Positions 47,711 through 59,887 of a stretch of DNA of 64,000 nt are shown here, one piece after another. The DNA is taken from NCBI RefSeq assembly GCF_963921235.1, contig NC_086108.1, positions 79,796,001 to 79,860,000 on the forward strand. Reading direction: 5' to 3'. The DNA comes from Mobula hypostoma (lineage: Eukaryota). Every line of letters starts with the position of its first letter. Position 1 is the first letter of the stretch. Position numbers and translations under genes: made by a program. The notes under the pieces are model-generated. The model was not told where the DNA came from, searched no databases, and saw nothing but the letters and a program-made list of their open reading frames with translations.

Positions 47711-49124
47711 AGCTTATCAACAAGAATTAATAGAAGAGTAGAAAGCCTGATGCAGGAGTAGTTCATTATAAATTTCAAGAATCTGTAGTTTATTTACAAA
47801 GGTCAAGCATTCAAATTCTGAGCATGTACAGTCTTCCAACTCCTAGAAGAGACAGGTCAGATTATGCACATCAAGTTAAAGTGCATGATTGTAAACTATG
47901 CAAATACAATAAAAATATATATGGAAATATACTACATTATTTTGCCATGATCCAATCAAGCATGATATGACCTTCTGAGGAGATATATGTCACATATGGA
48001 ACTATATTAAACTTCATTTGCTTTTTAGAGCTGCTGAATCATACAATATTGGGACATGCCCTTCTACCTACAGAATCCACACTAACCATCAAATTCACAT
48101 TTCCAGTAATTAATATAACTATTTTATTCATCCCACACTTCCATCAACTTCACCACTTCTAGAGGCAATTTACAGTGGCCAAATAACCCACTGATTCAAA
48201 TATCAGTCATTGATTCATATATCACAAAGTCAGACTCTGTGGCTCTCTGAATTCCTACTGACTAATGAGCATCAACTACACAAGTCTCAGACAAATCCTA
48301 CTTTTTCTCCCCACAATCCTCTCAGTTTCCCTCAGATTTTAACCACTCTCCGACACACCAAGGGCAAGCTGCAGTGACCAATTTGCAATTTTCCATCCCT
48401 CAGGAACCATTCCAGAATCTAGTGATTCTTGAAAAATCCTTACTAATGCCTCCACAATCTTTTCAGCTACCTCTTTCAGAACCCTGGGGTGTAGTCCATC
48501 TGATCTAGGTCACTTATCTACCTTCAAACCTTTTGGCTTCCCAAAAGCCTCCTCCTTAGTAATAGCCACTCCATTCACTTCTGCCCCATGACATTCTTGA
48601 ACTTCTGGCATATTGCTAGTGTCTTCCTCAGTGGAGATTTATGCAAAATACATATGAAGCTCATATGGCATTTCTTTGTCCCCCATTATTTCTTTTTTCC
48701 AGTGGTCTGCTATCCGCTCTCACCATGCTTTTTTGAAAAAACTTTTCGTATCCTCTTTTATATTATTGGCTCTCCTACCTTCATGTTTTGTTTTTTTTTC
48801 TCCTAATGACTTTATAGTTGCCTTCTGTTGTTTTTAAAAGCTTCCCAATCTTCCACCTGTCTACTAATTTTTGCTATATTTTATGTCCTCTCTTTTCCCT
48901 TTAAAGAGTCTTTGACTTACTTTCTCTGCTATGGTTACCCTATCCATCCTTTAGAATACTCTGCCATCTTTTGGATGTCTCTAACCTGAGCCCTCCAATT
49001 TCCCTCGGAAACTCCACCATTGCTGCTCTGCCATTATCCCTGCTAGTGTCTACTTCCAATCAACTTTGACCAGCTCCTCTCTCATGCCTCTGTAGTTCCC
49101 TTTAGTCCGCTGTAATACTGATAC

Positions 49125-52100
49125 AGGAAGGGATGGATGCTTGGAGTACAGGAGACCCCGGGGGATGTGCCTCTTGAAAACAGGTTCACCCTCTTGGAAG
49201 CTGTCGGGACAGAAGACAGTGCCAGTCTGAGAGGCGGACGGGTCTGCGAGTCAAAAATTGGCGCTGAAACAAAGCCGAGGAGACAGATGTCAGGCAGAGC
49301 TGTGGTAGTAGGGGACTCCATAGTGAAAGGTACAGATAGGGGTTTCTGCAACAATAGACGGGATCTAAGGATGGTGTGTTGCCTCCCTGGTGCCAGGATC
49401 CAGGACGTCACGGACCGATTGCAGGGCATCCTCAAGGGAGAAGGTGATCAGCCGGACGTGGTGGTGCATGTCGGCACAAATGACGTCGGGAAGAAGAAGA
49501 GAGACATTTTGCAGCGTGACTTCAGAGAACTTGGAAGAAAGCTGAAAAGCAGGACCTCCAGGGTGGTTATCTCAGGTTTGCTTCCAGTTCCTTGGAAGGA
49601 CAGGAACAGGGAGATAGAGGATCTGAATATGTGGCTGAGGAGCTGGTGCGGAGAGCAGGGATTTAGATTCTTGGACCACTGGGATCTGTTTTGGGGTAAG
49701 AGTGAATTGTACAGAAGGGACGGGTTGCACCTTAACATGCGGGGGACCAGCATTCTGGCAGGCAAGTTTGTCACTGCTACATGGGTGTGTTTAATCTAAG
49801 TAGTTGCGGGGAGGGGACGAACTGGAAATATAAGAATGGAGTGAAAGGGAATGAGAGAATAAGAAAAGTTAAGAAAGACAAACAGAATTGAAGGGGCAGA
49901 AAGATCAGGAAGGGATCGGAGAGTATGGGCAAGTGCAAAAGGAATCGATGTGAAAGGTGAGGGGAGTAAAAGTAATACTTTAAAAGGATTAAAAGTATTA
50001 TGTATGAATGCATGGAGTATAAGAAATAAAGTGGATGAGCTTGAGGCTCAGTTGGAAATTGGCAAGTATGATGTTGTGGGAATAACAGAGACATGGCTGC
50101 AAGAGGACCAGGGCTGGGAAATGAATATTCAGGGGTATACATCCTATCGAAAGAACAGACAGGTTGGCAGAGGGGGTGGGGTGGCTCTGTTGGTGAGGAA
50201 TGAAATTCAGTCATTTGCGAGGGGTGACATAGAATCAGAAGATGTAGAGTCAGTATGGATAGAACTGAGAAACTGTAAGGGCAAAAAGATCCTAATGGGA
50301 GTTATCTACAGGCCGCCAAACAGTAGCCTGGATATAGGGTGCAGGTTAAATCAAGAATTAAAATTGGCATGTCGCAAAGGTAATTCTGTGGTTGTTATGG
50401 GGGATTTCAACATGCAGGAAGACTGGGAAAATCAGGTTGGTACTGAACCCTAAGAAAGGGAGTTTGTGGAATGCCTCAGAGATGGATTCTTAGAGCAGCT
50501 TGTATTAGAGCCTGCCAGGGAGAAGGCAATTTTGAATTTAGTGTTGTGTAATGAGCTAGATTTGATAAGGGAACTTGAGGTAAAGGAGCCATTAGGAGGT
50601 AGTGACCATAATATGATAAGTTTTAATCTACAACTTGAGAGGGAGAAGGGAAGATTGGAAGTGTCAGTATTACAGTTGAGCAAAGGGGACTATGGACCCA
50701 TGAGGGAGGAGCTGGCCAAAATTGACTGGAAAGGTACCCTAGCAGGGATGAGAGTGGAACAACAATGGCAGGTATTTCTGGGAATAATACAGAAGCTGCA
50801 GGATCAGTTCATTCCAAAGAGGAAGAAAGGTTCTAAGGGGAGTAAGGGGCAACCATGGCTGACAAGGGAAGTCAAGAACAGTATAAAAATAAAAGAGAGG
50901 AAGTATAACATAGCAAGGATGAGTGGGAAGCCAGAGGATTGGGAGACTTTTAAGGAGAAACAGAAGATAACTAATAAGGCAAAACGGGAGAAAGGATGAG
51001 GTACAAAGGTAAGCTAGCCAAGAATATAAAGGAGGATAGTAAAAGCTTCTTTAGGTATGTGAAGAGGAAAAAATTAGTTATGACCAAAGTTGGGCCCTTG
51101 AAGACAGAAACGGGTGAAATTATTATGGGGAACAAGGAAATGGCAGACGAGCTGAACAGGTACTTTGGATCTGTCTTCACTAGGGAAGACACAAACAATC
51201 TCCCAGATGTAATAGTGGCCAGAGGACCTAGGGTAACAGAGGAACTGAAGGAAATTCACATCAGGCACAAAATGGTGTTGGGTAAACATGGTGATGGGAC
51301 TGAAGGTTGATAAATCCCCAGGGCCTAATGGTCTGCATCCCAGGGTACTTAAGGAGCTGGCTCTAGAAATCGTGGATGCATTGGTAATCATTTTCCAATG
51401 TTCTATAGATTCAGGATTAGTTCCTGCGGATTGGAGAGTAGCTAATGTCATCCCACTTTTTAAGAAAGGAGGGAGGGAGAAAACAGGCAATTATAGACCA
51501 GTTAGTCTGACATCAATGGTGGGGAAGATGCTGGAATCGATTATAAAAGATGTAATAGTGGCATATTTGGATAGCAGTGGCAGGATAGGTCTGAGGCACC
51601 ATGGATTTACAAAGGGGAAATCTTGCTTGACTAATCTTCTGGAATTTTTTGAGAATGTAACTATGAAAATGGACATGGGAAAACCAGTGGATGTAGTGTA
51701 CCTGGACTTTCAGAAAGCCTTTGATAAGGACCCACATAGGAGATTAGTGTGCAAAATTAGAGCAAATAGTATTGGGGGTAGGGTACTGACATGGATAGAA
51801 AATTTTTTGGCAGACAGGAAACAAAGAGTAGGGATTAATGGGTCCCATTCAGAATGGCAGGCAGTGACTAGTGGGGTACCGCAAGGCTTGGTGCTGGGAC
51901 CGCAGCTATTTACAATATACATTAATGATTTAGATGAAGGGATTAAAAGTAACATTAGCAAATTTACAGATGACACAAAGCTGGGTGGCAGTGTGAAATG
52001 TGAGGAGGATGTTATGAGAGTGCAGGGTGACTTGGACAGGTTGGGTGAGTGGGCAGATGCATGGCAGATGCAGTTTAATGTGGATAAATGTGAGGTTATC

Positions 52101-52878
52101 CACTTTGGTGGCAAGAACAAGAAGGCAGGTTACTAACTGAATGGTGTCAAGTTAGGAAAAGGGGAAGTACAATGAGATCTAGGTGTCCTTGTTCATCAGT
52201 CACTGAAAGTAAGCATGCAGGTACAGCAGGCAGTGAAGAAAGCTAATGGCATGTTTGCCTTCATAACAAGGGGAGTTGAGTATAAGAGCAAATAGGTCCT
52301 TCTGCAGTTGTACAGGGCCCCTTTGAGACCACACCTGGAGTATTGTGTACAGTTTTGGTCTCCACATTTGAGGAAGGACATTCTAGCTATTGAGGGAGCG
52401 CAGCATAGGTTCACGAGGTTAATTCCCGGGATGGCGGGACTGTCATTTGTTGAAAGATTGGAGCAACTGGAGTTGTACACACTGGAATTTAGAAGGATGA
52501 GAGGGGATCTGATTGAAACATATAAGATTATTAAGGGATTGGACACAGTAGAGGCAGGAAACATGTTCCCGATGTTGGGGGAGTCCAGAACCAGAGGCCA
52601 CAGTTTAAGAATAAGGGGTAGACAATTTAGAACGGAGTTGAGGAAAAACCTTTTCACACAGAGTTCTGTGGAATGCTCTGCCTCAGAAGGCAGTGGAGGC
52701 CAATTCTCCGGATTCTTTCAAAAAAGAGTTAGATAAAGCTCTTAAAGATATTGGGAGAAGGCAGGAAAAGGGTACTGATTGTGGATGATCAGCCATGATC
52801 ACAGTGAATGGTGGTGCTGGCTCGAAGGGCTGAATGGCCTACTCCTGCACCTATTGTCTATTGTCTATTGTCTATTTT
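49125..52878 (+). mobile_element. Near full-length CR1 LINE (ORF1 esterase, ORF2 APE endonuclease-RT, disrupted)
   Basis: ORF2 pieces 49950-50453 (VGITETWL, GDFN), 50466-50999 (SDH), 50996-51310, 51288-52136 (FTDD), 52308-52736; (tattgtc)n tail. Confidence 0.95.
49137..49799 (+). CDS. CR1 ORF1 C-terminal SGNH/GDSL esterase domain (5'-truncated, open frame)
   Basis: LENRFTLL, VVVGDSIVKG, CLPGARIQD, VVHVGTND, RRDGLHLN. Confidence 0.85.
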   Translation: MLGVQETPGDVPLENRFTLLEAVGTEDSASLRGGRVCESKIGAETKPRRQMSGRAVVVGDSIVKGTDRGFCNNRRDLRMVCCLPGARIQDVTDRLQGILKGEGDQPDVVVHVGTNDVGKKKRDILQRDFRELGRKLKSRTSRVVISGLLPVPWKDRNREIEDLNMWLRSWCGEQGFRFLDHWDLFWGKSELYRRDGLHLNMRGTSILAGKFVTATWVCLI

Positions 52879-53539
52879 CACATCTGATTTAGCTTCTCCT
52901 TCTCAATTTCCAGGGTGAATTCTATCATATTATGATCACTCTCCCCCAAGGGTTCCTTTACCTTATGCTCCCTAATTAGATCTGGTTCATGACACAAAAC
53001 CCATTTCAGAATTGCCTTTCCCCTAGTGGGCTCAATCACAAACTGCTCTAAAAAGCTATCTAGTAGGCATTCTACAAATTTCCTCCCTTGGGATCCAACA
53101 CCAGTCTGATTTTCCCAATCCATCTGCATATTGAAATCCCCTTTTGACTATCGTAACATTGCCCTTTTTGGCATTCATTATCTGTCTCCCATTGTAATAT
53201 GAGACCACCACCTTAGAACTGTTTGGAGTCTGTATATACAGTAATCCATCAGTGTCTTTTTATCCTTGCAGTTACTTAACTCTAACCACAAGGAGTCTAC
53301 ACCTTGTATCGTATGTCACCTCTTTTAAGGATTTGACTTGATTATTTTTTACCAACAGAGCCATCCCACCCCCCTCTGCCTACCTGCCTGTCCTATTGAT
53401 ACAATGTGTATCCTTGGATGTTAAGTTCCCAACTTCAAAAAAGGCAACGAAATTAACGAGACAGAACTTCAGTCAAAGAAAGTCATGTTGAATGTCCCTG
53501 ATTATCATCTGCTTTACCAAATATGAGGTGCGTGAAGTG

Positions 53540-55375
53540 GACATTGGCCAAGTGTGATCTGTTGCACTTTGGAAGATCTAAAATAAAGGGGTAGTACACA
53601 GTTAGTGCCTGTACCCTTCACAGTGTTGATGTGAAAAGGGATCTTGGGGTCCAATTTGATAGCTCGTTGGAAGTGCCTCACAGGTTGATAGGGTGGTAAA
53701 TGAAGCTTATGGCAGGCTTGTCTTTCTTAGTCAAGGCATGAGTTCAAGAGCCAGGAAGTTATGTTGCAGCTTTATAAAACTCTATTTAGTCTGCATTTTG
53801 AGAATTGCTTTCAATTCTGGTCACCCCATTATAGGAAGGATGTTGAGACTACGAAGAAGGGTGCAGAAGAAGTTTACTGAGACACTGCCTGGATCAAAGA
53901 CCCTCTGTTATAAGAACAGGGTGATCAAACTTGCATTGTTTTTCTTTTCTAGAGTAAGCAGAGGCAGGGAGGAGCCATGATTTTTTAAACAAAATAAACT
54001 CTATTTATAATTTTAAAAATATTTACAAGAGCAAACCATGCATCGTCTTTTCATTTTTTTTTTTGCTTTCGAAGTTGAAGTTTTTAGTACAGTTCCATTA
54101 CATTCCTACATATCAATCAATAGGACTGCTGCCACTCATGTGCCCCCTGGGGTGCTATCCTGTTACAATAATTGAGGGGCTTCCTCCCCAAACCAGCCTC
54201 TCCCTCTCCACTTGCAGAAGAACTCTACATTGTGGTTCTTCCCCACTGAGCCCTTACGGTGGCTGCATCCCTCAGCATGTACTCCCACAGCCGGGAATAA
54301 GCCAGTCGGCTGTGTTTCTCCACAGGATATCTCGATGTGCTGGCAGACCAGCAACATTTGGGGAAACCCAAGGGCTGATGGTTTGCCAGCAGTATTTGAT
54401 GTTCGTCTGTGTGTGTGTATGTGTGTGTGTGTCCTTGGGAACAGCCCATAGATCAGAGAGCTCTCTGTCACGCAGCTACTTGGGATGAACCACAACACAG
54501 GCCTTTTCATCTTTCTCCACACCCTCTTTGCAAACCCACAGTACACAAAGAGGTGAGTTCCTGCCTCTTCCCCACTGTAGTCATCCCATGAGCAGTGTGT
54601 TGTGGGAGCTGTGCTCCGGGCAAACAGGACAGATCAGGGCCCCTCTCACTGCCAACCAGGTGGTGCCTGTTGGTGAAGCGTTCTGCCAGATGGTCTGCTC
54701 AGAGGACTACCCCATTGTATCCATCGAGTCCTTGTCTTTCAATGTCTTCAGGATGTTCTGTGCTGACCACTGCCTGATGGACTTGTGGTCAAAGGTGTTG
54801 GTCCAGAAGAACGTTTCCACAAACAACAAGTAGTGCAGCATCACTCAGCTGACTGGGACATTGCACGGCAATGGGCAAGAGCTATTCTTTGCAAAACTGG
54901 GGACAGATAGTACCTCGGCAAGTAGTTGTACTTTGTGCCCACATATCTAGGTTTCATGCACGGCCTGATACAGCCACACACGAAGGTGGTCATCAAGGTA
55001 AGGCTGACATATTGAAGTTTATAACGTTTGAGAGTCATAGATAGATAGCTGGTATCTTTTGCCTAGGGTCACAATAACTAATATGAGAGAGTATGCACTT
55101 AAGGTGAGAGGGCGAAAGTTTGAAGGGAATGTGCGGGGCAAGATTTTTACGCAGATAGTGACGGGGGACTGGAATATGCTGCTAGGGGGAGGAGGCAGAA
55201 AAAATAGAAGTGTTTAAGAGGCTCTTGGACAGGCACATGAATATGAGGGGGCTGGAGGCCTACGGAACAATCACAGACAAAAGGGATTAGTTTAATTAGG
55301 TGTCTTTAACTTAAGCAGTTCGGCACAATATCATGGGATAAAGGTCTGCAATGTCCTACATTCTATGTTCTAACA
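53540..55375 (+). mobile_element. Old CR1 3' part (53540-53979 and 55036-55375)
   Basis: RVQKKFTETLPG; 3' UTR ending ttctatgttctaa. Confidence 0.75.
53980..55035 (-). mobile_element. Tx1-clade (L1-like) LINE ORF2 3' end
   Basis: CGFAKRVWRKM...VTESSLIYGLFP, AYSRLWEYMLRDA...QWGRTT and GTKYNYLPRYYLSPVL motifs; A/T-rich tail at 53980-54065. Confidence 0.75.
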
Positions 55376-55934
55376 TTGCTAATTAATCAGCAATGTGTTG
55401 GTGATGGTCAAGCCATACAATGGTTTAATGCATCTGTGCTTTGGGTCTACAGGATTTAAAGAATGGCATAGCAAGGGAGCAGTCAACAGTGCTGACTGTC
55501 TTATCATTAATATGTCAGCAATACATATTGAGATTACTGCCGAGGGTTGCTGTGTGAAAATTCATTTTAATAGTTTACTTAGTAAAATTGTATGTCTAAG
55601 AGTACCTTTAGGATCATCCCAGGTTGAAGATATTTCCAGCACATAGTATGAGAAGATATTCAGAAGGATGGAAGCTAACAGAAATAATGTTATCTTGGTA
55701 TTGTGAGAGATTTAGGCAAATTAATGCTGGGATTGCCAAGAGTCATAAACCTGCTTAGAGAGTCTCTTGAAAGAAACAGCAAAACGAATAAAAGATGCGT
55801 AAAAAAGAAGAGAGCATGGTTCGGATGGTGGGGGTCCTTAATGATGGATGTTGCTTTGTGTGGCAGTGTTTCTTGTAAATGTGTTCATGGTGGATGGACA
55901 GGACTTTGCCTTAGTTACAAGATAAGGACAGAAC

Positions 55935-57270
55935 TGTGAATAGGTGGTGATGAATCAACATATAGGAGGGAGATAGGAGGAGTATATCAAGGCAGCAGTG
56001 CCCAAGTCTGAGAGCAGGGAATGAGCCAAGGTTTGGCCGATTTAAGCGCGAGGCCAAATTGAAAAGGTCATGGTGTCAGGGCTGGAGGCAAGGGATGGGG
56101 TGATGCTCAGCTCTCTGCCTGGTGAGGTTTACTTCCCTCTGAACTGAAATGAGGCTGGGGCCTACTACTAACAGGCTCCTGGACTAGCTGTGACTGGCTT
56201 TGTGGCTGTGAATTCACATTTGTGAACTTTAGTTCTCAATGTTACTTGCTTACTGTTTATTGTTTGCAAAAATTTTTTTGCACTTTGGGTGCTTAACAGT
56301 CTTTTTTTAACGGGTTCTATTGGGTTTCTTTGTTTTGCGGCTGGCTCTAAGGAGATGAGTCATAAGGTTGTATATAGTATTCATACTTTGATAATAAATG
56401 TACTTTGAACTTTGAACTTTGATTGAAATTCTGATTGAATGGTGGCACAACAATAACCGCTCACTCAGCGTCAGTGGAACCAAAGAGCTGGTTGTTGACT
56501 ATGGGAGGAAGAAGTCAGAGGTCTATGAGTCACTCCTCATTAGGGGATAGGAGGTGGAGAAGATTAAATTAATTGACATTATTACACCAGAGGATCTGCC
56601 CTAGGACCAAGCTTACAAGTGCCATAACAGAGAAGACACATTGTGCCTCTACTTTCTTAGAAGTTTGCATAGATTTGGCGCGTTATATAAAGCTTTGAAA
56701 AACTTCTATAGGTGCCCGGTGGAGAGTATCTTGACTGATTACTTCATGGCCTGGTATGGAAACACCAATCTCCAGAAGTCTCCAGAAAGAGGTGCAAGCA
56801 ATCCAGTCCTCTCCATCCACCATGACCACATTTACAAGAAACACTGCCACAAGAAAGCAACATCCATCATTAATGACCCCCACCATCCGAACCATGTTCT
56901 CTTCTTGCTCCTGCCAGTGGGCAGAATGTACAGGAGCCTTTGGTCCCACACCACCAAGTTCAGGAACAGTTATTACCCTACAACCATCAGGCTCCTGAAC
57001 CAGTGTTGATAAACTTTACCTTGAATTGATTGCACAACCTATAGACTCATGTTCAAGGACTCTACATGTCATGTTCTCAGTAGTAGTTATTTATTTTATT
57101 TTATTTGCACAATAAGTCTTCTTTCGTACTTTAGTTGTCAGTCTTAGTTTGTGTATAGTTCTTCAGAAATTCCATTGTACTTCTTTATTTGCCTGCAAGA
57201 AAATTAATCTCAATGTAATACTTAGTGACATGTATGTACTTCGATAATAAATTTACTTTGACTTTAGACT
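55935..57270 (+). mobile_element. Rex1-like LINE 3' part, interrupted at 55986-56421
   Basis: ORF 56641-57009 (LYFLRSL...ESILT...TTKFRNSYYPTTIRLLN); tail tttactttgacttt. Confidence 0.85.
55986..56421 (+). mobile_element. Non-coding LINE-tailed repeat (family of 8120-9030)
   Basis: Sequence similarity to 8620-9025; tail tactttgaactttgaacttt. Confidence 0.7.
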
Positions 57271-59029
57271 AGTTAATATTTTACTTGAAAAAGGAGCTGA
57301 TGGATAAGAATGATCATGTCACTGTATGTAAGTTTTTTTCATTTTGAGCAGCAAACACAAGAGACAGTGAAAGAAAAGTTGAAACAGCGTGGAAGGGACA
57401 TTTTTAAAGTGAAAAATTCTGCAACACCTGGAAAAGCACATTAAAAATTCTTTGTGTGCCAGGCCAGCAGCTTTTTATTCGCACATGACTGAAATGGTCA
57501 TAGTGAGAGATCTTCACTCAAAATCATGAAGTGTTTCTCTCTCCGCTCATGTTGCCTGATCCGTTCAGCATTTCCAACATTGGCCGCTTTGATTTCAGAT
57601 TTCTTCCCTTCACATTATTTGAGATAATTGCATTGTATTCAGATTAGGTGTTTTAATGATCTCACTGGTCATTCTTACCAGAACTTTAAATTAACCAGGG
57701 TTTAGATTTGCAATACCATAATTATAAGAATGTAATAGAATTTAAGGTTTACTTGAATTACAGAGTAATTAAAAATGAGTTTCACTAATGAAAGGGCAAT
57801 ATAATACTAAACAAATGCAAAATCCTAGAAATCAAAAGTAAAGCGAGGAAATGCTTTATTGGCAATTAGATCAGGAAGCATCTGTGTAGAGAAAAATTAA
57901 CATCAATAGCTCTGATGTGATGATAGTTTAGCTTTTCATCAGAACTGGATGTAATTAAGTTTATAATAATTTTAAAGTTATATCAAGCCACCTAGTGAGA
58001 TTGATAGGAAGCATATGTGCCCCTGAAGAAAATAAGTCATTTTGAATAAAACTTAAGATATTCTTCATGGAGTCTCCTGAAAATATACAACACATTCTTG
58101 GAGGTATCAGCAGGTGGATAAATGTGTCGCATTGTGAGCTTTGTATTCCCACGCTGTTCTTTGCATCTCCATCCAAAAACATAAGGGAAGGAAGATTCCT
58201 GCTGGAAAGCCCACTGTCCCAATCTAACGGAATCAGCTAAAGGAAATTGTGAAATCAGGAACAGTCAGGGTGAGAATAGATTGTTCCTGTTTTGTTGGAT
58301 GATTTAAGGAGTCATGAAACGTGATTAGTTTACAGTTCTTTTCAGCAAAATAATACCCACAACATAACGAGAAACAAATGCTGAATAGGAGACTCTGAAC
58401 TAATGCTCAAGCAATTGCAGATACCTGCGGCTAATAGCTTAAAAACCACAGTAGTGCAAAGATACAGCTAGAAATGTTGGGAGGTGGAACTACTGGCAGC
58501 CATGGATGGATGTGGTACCTGGACCATTTGCTCAAACAGTACAGGTGATGTAGTTAGAGAGAGGGCAGTGCCATTCCTAAAGTGAGTAATAGAGGCTGCT
58601 TGACCTAAAAACTGCAGTTGCTTAACTATTTTCATGGTACTCTGCAGGATGTTCAGGTCTTTGTCCATGACAAAAATCCTACTGGGGTCTTCCAGGTAGT
58701 ATAAGTTCTGCTGGGCCAATTTGAGTTATCCTGTCTGAATTCCCATTGAAATCTGTGAATACTTCTAGGAATGACTCCAAGGTAATACCAAGAAGAACAG
58801 GAGATCATTGTTAATTTATTAATGTTACTGGGGCTCTGGGACTTACTCATGAATTCCACCTCTCAGCAGGTGAGCATTCAGCACAGTTATCGGCTCTCTT
58901 TTTGGTTTTGCTGCTATTCAACTTCAGTGGTGTGAACCACAGTTGTTTAGTCAAAGGAGGAAAGGAGCCTGTGCAAGACTGCTTTGAATCAGTGTCTGGA
59001 CCATATTCACTGATTCAGCTTATCTGAAT

Positions 59030-59887
59030 AAATATGCTTGTCATCAGCTTCATCAAGACCTGTGTGAATCAGTATGTACCTTTGAGAACATAACTGATTT
59101 TTCCCAAATGAAAAGCCCTGGATGAACCCAGAGGTTCACTGCTGAGGGCTAGATATATGCTATTTGAGATTGGTGATCCAGATGCTGACAGGAAGACCAG
59201 GTACAACCAATGGAAGTCACCATTTGAAAAGATAATTCCATGTGTAATTAGAGACACAGTTGGATACCCAGCAGCTGTGGCAGGATTTACATGCCTTTAT
59301 TTCTTGAAAGGCAAAACTTAATGGCATAAATAGCAGTGATGCTTCACCTTCCAATGAGCTTAATGTCTGTTATACATGCTTTGAAAGAGAAAATGACACT
59401 ATACCTATGTGAGTCCCCCCAGCCTATGGCGACCCTGTGATCTATCTCAGGAGTCATTGTCAGTGCATCCTTCGAGGAGAACCCTCGCAAAGCATCGGGC
59501 CTGCCAGTGAACCTGGCTGGGTACTGAAACACACTTTTCGTCCCTCTTCCCTCCGGGAGAAGGCTCAGGAGCTTGAAGACTCGTACGGCCAGATTTGGGA
59601 ACAGGTTCTTTCCAACTGTGATAAGACTGCTGAACGGATTCTGACCTGTATCTGGGCCGTACCCTCCAAATACCCGGACCTGCCTCTCAGTTTTTTTTGT
59701 ACTACCTTACTTTCCATTTTCTGTATTCTATTTATGATTTATAACTTAAATTTTTAATATTTACTATTGATTTGTACTCCAGGGAGCGTGAAGCGCAGAA
59801 TCAAATATCGCTGTGATAATTGTATGTTCTAGTACCAATTGTTTGGCGACAATAAAGTATAAAGTAAAGTATTTTTTTAATCCCAAG
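59030..59887 (+). mobile_element. Rex1-like fragment plus an inserted LINE 3' end (59533-59870)
   Basis: aaagccctggatgaac, cagctgtggcagg, gcatcgggcc motifs; the insert ends gacaataaagtataaagtaaagt. Confidence 0.7.

Larger units (their letters stand above)
48405..53435 (-). mobile_element. Older CR1 ORF2 remnant (48405-49124 and 52880-53435) split by a plus-strand CR1
   Basis: ORF 52878-53129 (EPLGESDHNMIEF); sequence resumes across the insert (gataca|...|acatctgatt). Confidence 0.82.
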
